From Nanobdellati archaeon (GTDB lineage: Archaea; B1Sed10-29; JAGVWA01): DNA of 60,744 bases. A program made the translations under genes and the position numbers. This document shows positions 20,872 through 30,292 of the stretch, one piece after another. The stretch covers positions 1-60,744 of the forward strand of contig JAGVWA010000007.1 of the NCBI GenBank assembly GCA_018304505.1, in the 5' to 3' direction. Position 1 is the first letter of the stretch; each line of letters starts with the position of its first letter. The notes beneath the pieces were generated by a model. The model ran no database searches, had not been told where the DNA came from, and was given only the letters and a program-made list of their open reading frames with translations.

Positions 20872-21306
20872 ATGCTCTCGGATTCCTTGCTAGGCATATT
20901 TGAAGAAAGCAAAGACAAACGCATTGTCGTAGTCGGCACGACATGTACAGGAAAATCAGCATTAATCAAGCACATCCCCAACGCGCGCGACATGGACGAC
21001 ATTGTGTTTCCGCAGCCCACAAAGGAAGAAGCCGATTACGTTATGCAGAAGTCCTGGACGCCAGAAATCGGGGAAACCATGGCCCGCCTAGTCAGAGAAA
21101 AAGTGAAAATCAAGCCCGGCGAGCCAGTTTTCAGAACCGTCATTATCGATGCAGATCTTATCGTTTATCTACACATTGATGACGCGCTTTTGAAAAAGCG
21201 TGTGGGGGAAAGGGGCGTTTCCTTTGCAGATGCTAAGAGCATGCAGGACATGATCAAGCAAGAAATCGATGAATCCGGGATTCCGTGCATCACCATCGAG
21301 ATCTAG
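20872..21306 (+). CDS. Small P-loop protein (nucleotide kinase-like)
   Basis: IVVVGTTCTGKS Walker A; ADLIVYLHIDDALLKKR. Confidence 0.6.
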   Translation: MLSDSLLGIFEESKDKRIVVVGTTCTGKSALIKHIPNARDMDDIVFPQPTKEEADYVMQKSWTPEIGETMARLVREKVKIKPGEPVFRTVIIDADLIVYLHIDDALLKKRVGERGVSFADAKSMQDMIKQEIDESGIPCITIEI

Positions 21307-21860
21307 AACCTCACAAAGAAGTTCAGGAAAAACAACGGCAGGAAAACGATGGCCCACACGGTTGGAGACCAGTCATACACTTTTTTTCCGTCAAGTATGA
21401 ATAATGGGATGAGGTTGAAGAAGCCAAGGAACAGATTCACTGTTATGCCAATGCGCGCGATGTCGGTAAAAATCCCGTTGAGGGCCAGGTAGTAAAACAC
21501 GCCTGCTAAGAGCACATTTGTCATCGGGCCGGCAAGGCTGATTATGCCGTTTTCTCGCCGCGTCAGGTTGCTTTTGTAGATGTGCACAGCTCCGGGAGCT
21601 GCGAACACCAAACTTCCGGCAGTCATTATGGCTAAAAAGATTGCTAGGACAAGGCCATGCATCCACGCGCGATAGTATGCAGTGCAGCCGTATTTTATTG
21701 CAGTGATTTTGTGCGCAATTTCATGCAATACAAAACCGAGGCCGACAGTAATCAAAACAATTGGAAAACTCAGAAAAAACGGAAGCGAGAAAGCCAGGCT
21801 GATCGTGACAATGCTAATGAACAAATGAGTAACTTCGGTCTTGTCGAACAGTTCCAGCAT
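21303..21860 (-). CDS. Site-2 protease (peptidase M50) family membrane metalloprotease
   Basis: HEIAH, AGPMTN, FNLIP..LDG. Confidence 0.92.
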   Translation of the reverse strand: MLELFDKTEVTHLFISIVTISLAFSLPFFLSFPIVLITVGLGFVLHEIAHKITAIKYGCTAYYRAWMHGLVLAIFLAIMTAGSLVFAAPGAVHIYKSNLTRRENGIISLAGPMTNVLLAGVFYYLALNGIFTDIARIGITVNLFLGFFNLIPLFILDGKKVYDWSPTVWAIVFLPLFFLNFFVRF

Positions 21861-21956
21861 ACGTTGATTTTTACAGCATGACTGAATAAAAAGCTTTCAT
21901 TGATGTGTTTCCGAGGCAGGGGAATATTTATAAAGGCGTTTTGAGTTCCTGTATGC

Positions 21957-23915
21957 ATGAGAAAAGGACAAGGCGCGTTCGAGTACATCATGACCTACGG
22001 ATGGGCAATCATAATCATCATAATTGTTGGCATAATTCTCTATAACTCCGGCGTGTTTGGCCAGGCTACAGAGAGCACGCAGGGTTTTATCAAGATAAGG
22101 CCGTCAGAGCACGCGTTTTATTTTGACGGCAGCGCTGTAATATCCTGGGTAAACGTTGCCGGCCAGTCCCTGAAAAGCGTAACAGTAGGATACACAGGAG
22201 ACTGTGTTGTGAACTCAAGTCTGGGAAACATCAAAACCGGTAAGCGCGCCAACGACGAAATCACATGCTCGTCAGGCTGCACAATTGGCGACGCGGTTAT
22301 TGTAGACGCATCAGTATCCTACATTGCGGAAACAGGAGTGAACAGGACCGAAACAGGGGTAATAAGGGGAACATGCTTCCAGAAAACCCTAGCATTTAGT
22401 TTAACGTGGCCATTCACCAACGCCTCGAACTACACGTACAACAGCTCTGAAGCCGAAGTCTCGGGAGGCACGCTGTCGCTGTTGCTGCAGTCATTCTCGA
22501 TTATTGATGACACGCAGGACGAATTCAACAACGGTACGCACAACAACACAGAGTACAACACCACCGGCGGATATGTACAGCTTTCTCCAGTGAACACAAC
22601 TGGGAACTTTTCAAGCAAGATACAGGCAGCCGGCCTCAATGCATCGTGGAAAAACATCTCGTGGTTCCAGGAACTCTGCTACGGCTGTGACCTTCCTGAC
22701 AGCGGCGCAACTGAGTCAGGGAATTACGTTTCAAAGGTGAACATGTCAGCCAACGTGCTGCTGATGCACATGGATGAGGAATCTGGGTCAACAATAGCCG
22801 ACACTTCGGGCAACGGAAACAACGGAACATACAACGGCACAAACCAGAACCAGACAGGCAAATTCGACAAGGGCCTCGGCTTCAATGGAGAAAATGAGTC
22901 CCTGCTTGTTGATGATGATGCGTCACTGCAACTCACAACTGCGGGCTCAATTGAGCTTTGGGTGAAACCAGACAGCACAACACAGGATTCTGACGCGAAT
23001 CTCGTGAGCAAGACAAATGGATCAACCGATGCCGATATTTCATACGCCCTGTACTGGGACCAGACAGATTCGGTCATCCGGGGCCAAATCAGCAATGGCT
23101 CTGACTCAAACACAGTCGAAACCAGCTTGCTGGCAAGCACCGAATTCCACCACATTGTGTTTACGTGGAACTCCTCAGACCTGGCAATGTACGTTAACGG
23201 CTCCTCTGTAAACTCCACAACAGCAAATGCCACGGCACAGGCGAATTCGACTCACACATTGAGAATCGGGGGCGCGACCTTCAATGACTCCGGGGATCAG
23301 GAATTCAACGGAACTCTTGATGAACTCGCGATATACAACAGCACATTAACATCTGCACAAGTGCTTGAACATTACAAGCGGGGCATATTGAAATTGAACA
23401 TGACTGTTAGGAGCTGTAATGACTCTGCGTGCAGCGGCGAGTCATTGACAGACATTGCTGACGTTTCACCAGTTACGCTGTCAGTTGACAACAACACGCA
23501 CTTCCAGTACGTTGCCTTGTTTGACACTGATGACGCGACATACTCGCCGTTACTGTACAACGTTTCGATTGCATATGAGAGGTATGCCAACACCACTGTT
23601 AATGTGACAACCAGCAACCTGAAAGCCAATTCCGCGATCGTTGCCTGGACCAGCTTCACGGAGACTGCGGCCATCAGCACCGGTTCTGCAGTTTACTACC
23701 AGCTGAGCAATGACTCGGGAACAAGCTGGCAGGAGTGGAGCGGAGCCGCGTGGACAACCACTGGCGCACTGACTTATAATAACACCGCAAGCACAATCAA
23801 TACAAACATACCGACATTCACGATTGATGGAAAGCAGCTGCGCATCAGGCTGTATCTTGTCTCCACAGGCGGGCAGATTTCGGTAGATGAAATTAGTGCA
23901 GGATACTCAACTTAA
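21957..23915 (+). CDS. Class III signal-peptide protein with LamG/concanavalin-like domain (pilus-associated adhesin candidate)
   Basis: MRKGQGAFEYIMTYGWAII; HMDEESG..ADTSGNGNNG, SIELWVKP, HHIVFTW, FNGTLDELAIYN. Confidence 0.85.
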   Translation: MRKGQGAFEYIMTYGWAIIIIIIVGIILYNSGVFGQATESTQGFIKIRPSEHAFYFDGSAVISWVNVAGQSLKSVTVGYTGDCVVNSSLGNIKTGKRANDEITCSSGCTIGDAVIVDASVSYIAETGVNRTETGVIRGTCFQKTLAFSLTWPFTNASNYTYNSSEAEVSGGTLSLLLQSFSIIDDTQDEFNNGTHNNTEYNTTGGYVQLSPVNTTGNFSSKIQAAGLNASWKNISWFQELCYGCDLPDSGATESGNYVSKVNMSANVLLMHMDEESGSTIADTSGNGNNGTYNGTNQNQTGKFDKGLGFNGENESLLVDDDASLQLTTAGSIELWVKPDSTTQDSDANLVSKTNGSTDADISYALYWDQTDSVIRGQISNGSDSNTVETSLLASTEFHHIVFTWNSSDLAMYVNGSSVNSTTANATAQANSTHTLRIGGATFNDSGDQEFNGTLDELAIYNSTLTSAQVLEHYKRGILKLNMTVRSCNDSACSGESLTDIADVSPVTLSVDNNTHFQYVALFDTDDATYSPLLYNVSIAYERYANTTVNVTTSNLKANSAIVAWTSFTETAAISTGSAVYYQLSNDSGTSWQEWSGAAWTTTGALTYNNTASTINTNIPTFTIDGKQLRIRLYLVSTGGQISVDEISAGYST

Positions 23916-23924
23916 GTTGGCATT

Positions 23925-23978
23925 CTGGCATTGCTGGTATTGGCTGGCATTGCTGGTATTGGCTGGCATTGCTGGTAT
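23925..23978 (+). repeat. 19-bp tandem repeat, ~2.8 copies
   Basis: ctggcattgctggtattgg at 23925 and 23944, partial copy at 23963. Confidence 0.85.
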
Positions 23979-24129
23979 GTGGGCATTGTGCAGTGCTAGT
24001 TGTCCTTGAGGCTATTTGATTTAGGTTTTTTTTCCTTAGAAATCCCTTTGCAACCCATCCTGGTTTAAACTAGTTTCAACTGGATAACGTTGCAAAATCC
24101 TTTTATTCTTGTTTTGAGCAACTAATAAC

Positions 24130-24297
24130 ATGGATAACAAAGGCCAGATGTCAGCAGAACTCATCATTCTAATGGCGGCTGTGTTGACGATCGGAATTTT
24201 CGTGGTGCAGAGCATCATGGGGTCTACCCAAAGCGCTGCGGCAAAGCTCAACAAGTCGACGGAAAAAGTTCTCGCTGAAATCGAGAGCATGATGTAA
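24130..24297 (+). CDS. Small pilin-like protein with class III signal peptide (55 aa, not in ORF track)
   Basis: Own translation: MDNKGQMSAELIILMAAVLTIGIFVVQSIMGSTQSAAAKLNKSTEKVLAEIESMM. Confidence 0.85.
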   Translation: MDNKGQMSAELIILMAAVLTIGIFVVQSIMGSTQSAAAKLNKSTEKVLAEIESMM

Positions 24298-24318
24298 CAG
24301 CACGATCGGGAGCGTGAT

Positions 24319-24486
24319 ATGATGGATGACAAAGGACAGATCAGCGCAGAGTTACTCATAATCATGACGGCGATAATCGCCACAGCGATCGTTGTTGTCA
24401 ATGCTATGATGAACTCATCCAGCGCGGCAGAAAAGAAACTAGAAAGCACGGCAGCTAAGGCCATAAAGCAGGTGGGCAAGATATGA
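24319..24486 (+). CDS. Small pilin-like protein with class III signal peptide (55 aa, not in ORF track)
   Basis: Own translation: MMDDKGQISAELLIIMTAIIATAIVVVNAMMNSSSAAEKKLESTAAKAIKQVGKI; paralogous to the preceding ORF. Confidence 0.85.
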   Translation: MMDDKGQISAELLIIMTAIIATAIVVVNAMMNSSSAAEKKLESTAAKAIKQVGKI

Positions 24487-24764
24487 GGGTAAGGAAGGGC
24501 CAGCTCACTATGGAGCTAATGATTGTTATAGCTTCGGTGCTGTTGATGATCAGCATCCTCGCCCCGCCGCTGTTCGCGTTCAAAATCAACAGCAGCAACG
24601 AGTCTCTATCCGACATAGCGTACTGCAACGACGCCTACTTGAGCTGGCCCCAAATCAGGCTCCAATGGAACCCTACGTCAGAATACCTTGAAAAATGCTT
24701 AACGCCTAAATTCACGAGGAGACCAACAACCAGGGTTGAAGGGCTGGAGACATGGTTCAGATAA
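24483..24764 (+). CDS. Class III signal-peptide (pilin-like) protein
   Basis: RKGQLTMELMIV; ATGA overlap with the upstream gene. Confidence 0.8.
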   Translation: MRVRKGQLTMELMIVIASVLLMISILAPPLFAFKINSSNESLSDIAYCNDAYLSWPQIRLQWNPTSEYLEKCLTPKFTRRPTTRVEGLETWFR

Positions 24765-25243
24765 ATTCGAGGGGCCAGGCCCTGATGTCTGAATTCATGA
24801 TCTACTTCCTCATTGTTCTTATGATGCTCGGCATGCTGTTTGTTTCAGCCAATGCAAAGATCCGCACACTTGGCTTGGAAAAAGCGGATTTCAAAAAACA
24901 GCTTGCAGTGTACTACGCGTCTGAGGCCCTTGTGACAACTACTGGGGCTCCGGATGACTGGCGCCCGGGAAATGTTGTAACGCTTGGCCTCGCGCAGTAT
25001 GACAAAAATCAGAACACTGTAATGCACCATCAGCTCGATGAGGGCAAAATCGGCAGGCTGCGCAACATGGACATCACCGAGGTAAGCCGGGCGCTGCGCC
25101 TCGACGACTACAGTATTTCACTGTCAATCAAATCAAGCAAAATGCCGCAGCTCAAGATAGGCCCGGACCTTGTGGGAATAACGATTAAACGCGTCGCGCT
25201 GTGTGGAGGAGTTGAGTGTGTCATTGAAATCACGGCGCAGTAA
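24752..25243 (+). CDS. Class III signal-peptide (minor pilin-like) protein
   Basis: SRGQALMSEFMIYFL; TTGAPDDW..LGLA motif. Confidence 0.8.
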   Translation: MVQINSRGQALMSEFMIYFLIVLMMLGMLFVSANAKIRTLGLEKADFKKQLAVYYASEALVTTTGAPDDWRPGNVVTLGLAQYDKNQNTVMHHQLDEGKIGRLRNMDITEVSRALRLDDYSISLSIKSSKMPQLKIGPDLVGITIKRVALCGGVECVIEITAQ

Positions 25244-25247
25244 ACCT

Positions 25248-25574
25248 GTGAATAGCAAGCAGTATCGTAGTAATGGCAGCCGGGGCTTTGCGTTGCTCAT
25301 AGAGGCCATCCTGTCATTGGTGGTCGTGTTGGCGGTCTCTGTATTTCCCGCTGCGGAAACGCGCGACATGAATGATCAGTACAGCCGGGCGCTCGCGCAG
25401 GACATAACAGAAGTGTGTGCACTAAAGGGGAATTTTGGATTGAATACGCTCTATTTTCGCATGACGGATATGGTGTCATTGTGCCTTTCCAAGTTACAAG
25501 GCAGGCGCGTTTTCACGAAGTCAGGGAGTTTCACGTGCTCCAATGCGATGCTCACTGATTGCTTGATTCCGTAG
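25248..25574 (+). CDS. Class III signal-peptide-like protein, 3' end uncertain
   Basis: SRGFALLIEAILSLVV; last 124 nt overlap a convergent gene. Confidence 0.55.
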   Translation: MNSKQYRSNGSRGFALLIEAILSLVVVLAVSVFPAAETRDMNDQYSRALAQDITEVCALKGNFGLNTLYFRMTDMVSLCLSKLQGRRVFTKSGSFTCSNAMLTDCLIP

Positions 25575-25750
25575 TACGTGCTGCGGTCGCATGCAGCGTT
25601 TATCTTGTCGTACAGCCTCGCGAGTTCCTGTTTCTCCAGCACTGCCGAGTGCGATGACTTTATCTTCACTAAAATCGGCGACATCAGCAGCACTACTGAG
25701 AGCGCAACGCTCAACACCAGCAGGTATTCTATGCTAAGCTGCCCCTTCAT
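25451..25750 (-). CDS. Class III signal-peptide (pilin-like) protein
   Basis: MKGQLSIEYLLVLSV at ATG 25750. Confidence 0.8.
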   Translation of the reverse strand: MKGQLSIEYLLVLSVALSVVLLMSPILVKIKSSHSAVLEKQELARLYDKINAACDRSTYYGIKQSVSIALEHVKLPDFVKTRLPCNLERHNDTISVMRK

Positions 25751-26255
25751 AAGTTGAACCCTCCGGTATAAGCGTAACTGAGGTATGGTCGCCGCGCGCT
25801 GTTTCGTACACAAATGCAACCCGCAGCCCGGCTACTTTTCCAAAGTCAATATCGGTTGACGTGTCTTTTACCATAAATGCGCCGTTTTCGTAAGCGAGGA
25901 AATTCTGGCACGCCGTCTTCTTGTCGGCGAGCAGCGTCTTTAGTTCATAAATCAAATTCAGCGCGTCGTTGTACTCGTAATTCCCTGGATTGACATAGCC
26001 GACCTTGATTTTGCCAGGCAGTAGGTGGCTGTAGTACGCCAGTGTTCCGCAAGCCTGCAGCACGCTTTTAGACCTTGTCATGATAAAGCGAAAATAGCGT
26101 TCGAACGTGTAGCTGTCTTTCGTGAACTCCTGATGCAGAATTACGGCGTTCTGAGACTCGTCGAGGTCTTTGTACATCGAGTTTTCGAAAGCCATTATCT
26201 GCGAAGCCATCACAAGCGCCCCAAGGGCAATGACGAAAGTGAAAAAACCGCGCAT
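25734..26255 (-). CDS. Class III-like signal-peptide protein
   Basis: MRGFFTFVIALGAL N-terminus, coupled to the downstream pilin-like gene. Confidence 0.7.
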   Translation of the reverse strand: MRGFFTFVIALGALVMASQIMAFENSMYKDLDESQNAVILHQEFTKDSYTFERYFRFIMTRSKSVLQACGTLAYYSHLLPGKIKVGYVNPGNYEYNDALNLIYELKTLLADKKTACQNFLAYENGAFMVKDTSTDIDFGKVAGLRVAFVYETARGDHTSVTLIPEGSTYEGAA

Positions 26256-26587
26256 GTATTAGTTACACATTCATGTTATAAGTATTTTTTGCAACACCCG
26301 CGGGTTTAAACCCGCAGCAGTTAAATCAGTGCTAGGCTATGGGTTGAATGTCTTCAGCATCCTGTGAACCATACTATAATATATTATCGGTTGTGCATAA
26401 CATATTTAGAGAGGGGGAAGCAGTTGAAGAGGAAACTACAGGCTTTTTTGGTTATAAGTCTTAGCATAATTTTAATGAGCAATGTAATGGCACAAGTGTA
26501 ACTGGAAAGCTTGAGAATTTTTTAATAAAAATTGACAAAATAAAAGAAATTGGCGGTATACGCGCTTAAAATTAATATGTGATCATA

Positions 26588-27280
26588 ATGGTAGAGTACA
26601 CAGAAGAGAGGAAAAAGGAATTTGATCGATTGTGGCGCAAATATAAAAAGGAGCTAGAAGAAGAAGAGCTGGCAAGGATAGCAGGAGCAGAAGCAGCAGA
26701 ACGGCAATGGAAAGCATTAAAGGAAGCAGAAGAGCGGGCAAGGATAGCAGGAGAGTCATTGTCAAGACGGTCAAGATGGGGTAGAGAAGATAAAACGAAG
26801 CGAATAGAAGAACGTATAAGAGCTGAAGAAGAATGGCGGGCAAGGCAACAAAGAATGGGTCAACCGGAAAACAAGGCAGCACTAGAAAGAGCACAACAAA
26901 AACGAAGGGAACAAGAGCTTGCTATTAACAAGCAAAGAATAATAAAACAGTTTGAAAAATTAAGAAGGTTGAGGGGGCCACTTGATAAAATTGAACTTGA
27001 GAGATTAGTAGAAGAACTGGGTAGGCTTCCAGAAGGAATGGCCGTAGATTTAATGGTAGACAAAGGGGTATTACTTAAAGGGGATATTGAATTATTAGAT
27101 ATATTAAGAAGAAAAGAAAGAGCACCAAGTAAAAAACCGGAATCGAAACCAAAACCCAAACCAAAACCTAAAAAGCCACGAACATCAAGAGACTTCTTTT
27201 TAGAAACAAGAGACGACGTAGCAAAGCGTATGGATAAACTAAGGAAGCAAGTTAAAAAAGCTAAAGCCCTCGCTCCGTAA
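26588..27280 (+). CDS. Highly charged, low-complexity coiled-coil hypothetical protein
   Basis: E/K/R-rich, PKPKPKPK tract, strongly purine-rich coding strand. Confidence 0.6.
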   Translation: MVEYTEERKKEFDRLWRKYKKELEEEELARIAGAEAAERQWKALKEAEERARIAGESLSRRSRWGREDKTKRIEERIRAEEEWRARQQRMGQPENKAALERAQQKRREQELAINKQRIIKQFEKLRRLRGPLDKIELERLVEELGRLPEGMAVDLMVDKGVLLKGDIELLDILRRKERAPSKKPESKPKPKPKPKKPRTSRDFFLETRDDVAKRMDKLRKQVKKAKALAP

Positions 27281-27287
27281 TTATGTT

Positions 27288-28490
27288 ATGCAAATACAAG
27301 ACAGGTATGACTGCGCCAAGTGCAAAGCCGTGAGGATGCTATGTGGCCGCAACTTCTGCCCACTGCTAAGGCAGCAGATTGCAATGGAAAAACTCGAAAA
27401 GCAGCTAGTGAATCTTGAACTCGTGGGTTCTTCTAGCAGCGTTTTTGTGGGCTCACAAAATTATCCAAAACTAAATGTCGGGGCCTTGTCATCAGGAGAA
27501 TACGTGGACTATGAACCAGAGAGAATGTTCGGAAAGTCGCTGCAAGAGATAGTGGATACGTCAGTGCAGTTGTTTAGAAACAAGGACGGCATGCGGGTCA
27601 ACGAAGCCATGCAGCCCAGCAAGCATCTCGCTCAGGTGCAAGAAGTCGCGATGAGCGAAGGCAATGTTTTCAGTGACACAGAATTCAAAAAGAAACCTAA
27701 AATGGAAGTCTCGTTTTCTGGGGTACACCAGCCGTTCGGGCCAAGCGGCACCATCAGCAAATACAACCTCGAGTCAAATCCGCGCGTGTCACAGAAGGTC
27801 GAAAAGGTCGTCGATGACGATCTCATGTCATACGACCAAATGACACTAATGCACGACAAAAACGTTTCAGTGCACACCATACAAAAGGTCATGAGCGTTG
27901 GGTTACTCGGCGTGAACAAGAAACTTGTACCAACGCGATGGTCAATAACCGCGACAGACGACACAATCGCGAAAAACTTACTAGAGCAAATCAGGCAGGA
28001 AAATGAAATCGGTGAGTATCTGCTCTTTTCATCAGAATACATCGGCAACAAGTTTCAGATAATGTTGATTCCCGGAAAGTGGAGCTTTGACGTGATTGAG
28101 TGCATGGGCCCTGACAGCTTGTGGGCTGGATCAAGCGATAAATTCGTAACCGACTACGAGGGCTTCAAAGCAAGAACAGCGTACGCAGACAACGTCGCAG
28201 GTGGATACTACGCAGCGCGCCTGCCAGTAACCGAATACCTAGCAAAGAAAAATAAACAGGCAACAGCAATCGTGGTACGGCGCATATACGGAAGTTATCA
28301 TACGCCGGTGGGCGTGTGGCAAGTTCGCGAGAACGTGAGAAACGGCATGCGCAGCAAGCCCGAAAAGTTCAACACGCTGGACGAAATGTTGAAGAAAGTC
28401 GACAAGGAAATCGGGTTGAACTGGAAACCTCATTCTGAGGTTCTCAAGACAGTGCGCTCGCGCGAGGTCATGAAGAAGTATTTTGTTTAA
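27288..28490 (+). CDS. nreA: Nre family DNA repair protein
   Basis: N-terminal CAKC..LCGR..CP, SVFVG...YPK, KLVPTRWSITATD, GGYYAARL, PVGVWQVRENVR; degenerate C-terminal PIP-like VMKKYF. Confidence 0.9.
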   Translation: MQIQDRYDCAKCKAVRMLCGRNFCPLLRQQIAMEKLEKQLVNLELVGSSSSVFVGSQNYPKLNVGALSSGEYVDYEPERMFGKSLQEIVDTSVQLFRNKDGMRVNEAMQPSKHLAQVQEVAMSEGNVFSDTEFKKKPKMEVSFSGVHQPFGPSGTISKYNLESNPRVSQKVEKVVDDDLMSYDQMTLMHDKNVSVHTIQKVMSVGLLGVNKKLVPTRWSITATDDTIAKNLLEQIRQENEIGEYLLFSSEYIGNKFQIMLIPGKWSFDVIECMGPDSLWAGSSDKFVTDYEGFKARTAYADNVAGGYYAARLPVTEYLAKKNKQATAIVVRRIYGSYHTPVGVWQVRENVRNGMRSKPEKFNTLDEMLKKVDKEIGLNWKPHSEVLKTVRSREVMKKYFV

Positions 28491-28504
28491 GGCCCCGTCC
28501 GAGG

Positions 28505-28643
28505 GGTGTACGATATATCGTACACCGTTATATACTGCTGGAAGACGCGTTCAAAAAAATTGATTCGTGATTTTTAATCGACAAAACTACCCACAAACTA
28601 ATCATATAAACCGTTTTCACCTAAGGCTTTCCGAGAAATTAAC
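28505..28643. repeat. Repeat copy 1: perfect 22-bp palindrome plus 40-bp conserved block
   Basis: ggtgtacgatatatcgtacacc at 28505-28526; atataaaccgttttcacctaaggctttccgagaaattaac at 28604-28643. Confidence 0.9.
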
Positions 28644-28701
28644 CTACTAAAAAGCGGGTGTATGATATGTTGTATTCTGTTATAACGGATCCCTTTGCAC
28701 T

Positions 28702-29361
28702 CTACTCTTTTAATTGCTTTCTAGAATTCTCTTCAAAGTACGCGTCTCTCAGTTCGTCAATCTCTTTTATGATTGGTATTTTTATTCCCCTTTCTCTTAT
28801 TTTATCGAGTGTTTCCCCGACCCATGTAATCCAAACATGTTTGTTTGAATCTTTTATTTGGTTCTTGAGCTCAGCAAGAATGGTGTTCCAGTTTAGGTTT
28901 CGTTCTGTCAATGCAACACAGTCTATAAGGTCCCCATCGCGTTCAGTTAGTGTCTTAAACAGGAATATGTCTTCCTTGGAACACAAGGAAAGGGCTATGT
29001 TGCCTTTTGAGTAAACAGTTTCTGCTCTTTGTTTCATGTTTTTTGACAGCGAAAATCCATTGCAGACTGTCCTGTGAAATAGATCAATTCTAAATTCTCC
29101 TCTTACAAGTATCTGGCTCAGCCGCATTCTGGAATATTCAAGCGTTGGGATTTTTGGCACAAAACCTGCGTGTCTCAGAACCTGTCCGAATTCAGTATAG
29201 TCTCGTTGGTTTTCTGTAACCAGGTCTATATCTTTTGTTGCGGATTTTAGCTTGTAATGAAGCATTGCTCCGCCACCAATCATAAACAAATGAATCTTCT
29301 GATTCAATGTTGGTTCTAGTTCGTTAAGCATTTCAGTTATGTCTTCAAATTTTGATATCAT
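28702..29361 (-). CDS. Nucleotidyltransferase (DUF6036/AbiEii-like), putative toxin
   Basis: FMIGGGAM..KSATKDIDLV, EDIFLFK...R..DLID. Confidence 0.75.
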   Translation of the reverse strand: MISKFEDITEMLNELEPTLNQKIHLFMIGGGAMLHYKLKSATKDIDLVTENQRDYTEFGQVLRHAGFVPKIPTLEYSRMRLSQILVRGEFRIDLFHRTVCNGFSLSKNMKQRAETVYSKGNIALSLCSKEDIFLFKTLTERDGDLIDCVALTERNLNWNTILAELKNQIKDSNKHVWITWVGETLDKIRERGIKIPIIKEIDELRDAYFEENSRKQLKE

Positions 29362-30226
29362 ATACTTCAGCCTTTTCTTTTATTTCGTTGAGTGGGGGAT
29401 AACCCTCTTTTTTTGTTCCTGCTAGGCTCTTTTGTATGTCTTCCAGAAGGGATTGTTTTATTCCTGAAAGTTTTTCCTTGAACTTGGCGTAAAATAAAGC
29501 TGCATATAGGATGAGGCGAAAATCCTTATCCTTGTCTGCTATGTAAAGAGAGTGTAGGAACACGTCTCTTTTTGATAGTTTCTTTTTTGGTAAATAGTAG
29601 TAATTGGTTAGTAGTCTCAATTGTATGCCAAAATCAGAATATGCGGAAAAGCCCGTAAGTGTGGCATCCTGTTTTTCTTCGCTTGAGAAAACAAGCTCTT
29701 TATCAGTCTTGTAGTATATAACCGAGCCTAAGGGAATTCTCGCGTCTATTGTGTGGTAATATTGCTTGTATTCTATAAGAAATAAGCCAAGCTTTGGCCA
29801 CAGAGCATGATTAAAGTAAAAGCGATCTTCTCGTTTTCTTACTGCTCCGACCCGCATTGCTTGATCTAGTTTGTTGTACAACGCGCTTTTTTTGATTTTT
29901 GTTTCTCTAAGAAGTTGTTTTATTGTCAAACCATTTTCTGGTTTTTTGGGCTCGCTCACCAACGCCAAAAAAACAGGTAGCCCAGAGTCTGCAAGCATAT
30001 CTATCAAGTTTGGGTGCTCTGCTATCGTCTGCATCAGCAGAGGCGTAAATGATGTTCTCGATGCGGTAATCTTTTTCCTGTGGCGTTCTAGGATGCCCTT
30101 TTTTTCCAGGTCAGCGGTTAGTCGGTATATCTGTTTTGTGCTTTTTCCAAGAGCGTCAGCTATCTCTTTCACAGTATGCTTGGGCAATTCTGACACTAGT
30201 CTCAGTTCCGTTTTGGAAAACTTCAT
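29345..30226 (-). CDS. Winged-HTH transcriptional regulator, putative antitoxin partner of the NTase
   Basis: Two wHTH-like segments (TVKEIADALGKSTKQIYR; TIKQLLRETKIKKSALYNKL), TGFSAY; overlaps the NTase start. Start set at MKFSKTEL. Confidence 0.7.
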   Translation of the reverse strand: MKFSKTELRLVSELPKHTVKEIADALGKSTKQIYRLTADLEKKGILERHRKKITASRTSFTPLLMQTIAEHPNLIDMLADSGLPVFLALVSEPKKPENGLTIKQLLRETKIKKSALYNKLDQAMRVGAVRKREDRFYFNHALWPKLGLFLIEYKQYYHTIDARIPLGSVIYYKTDKELVFSSEEKQDATLTGFSAYSDFGIQLRLLTNYYYLPKKKLSKRDVFLHSLYIADKDKDFRLILYAALFYAKFKEKLSGIKQSLLEDIQKSLAGTKKEGYPPLNEIKEKAEVYDIKI

Positions 30227-30292
30227 AATTCCATTATAGTGTCCTATATTTAAATACTTTTCGCATAATAGTGGAAAATCAAAAAAGACCCG

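Noticed and set aside
23918-23990. Short repeats as a possible CRISPR array
   Set aside because: 19-bp units are directly adjacent with no spacers and no cas genes; simple tandem repeat
24036-24479. 147-aa minus-strand ORF
   Set aside because: Shadow of two plus-strand pilin genes
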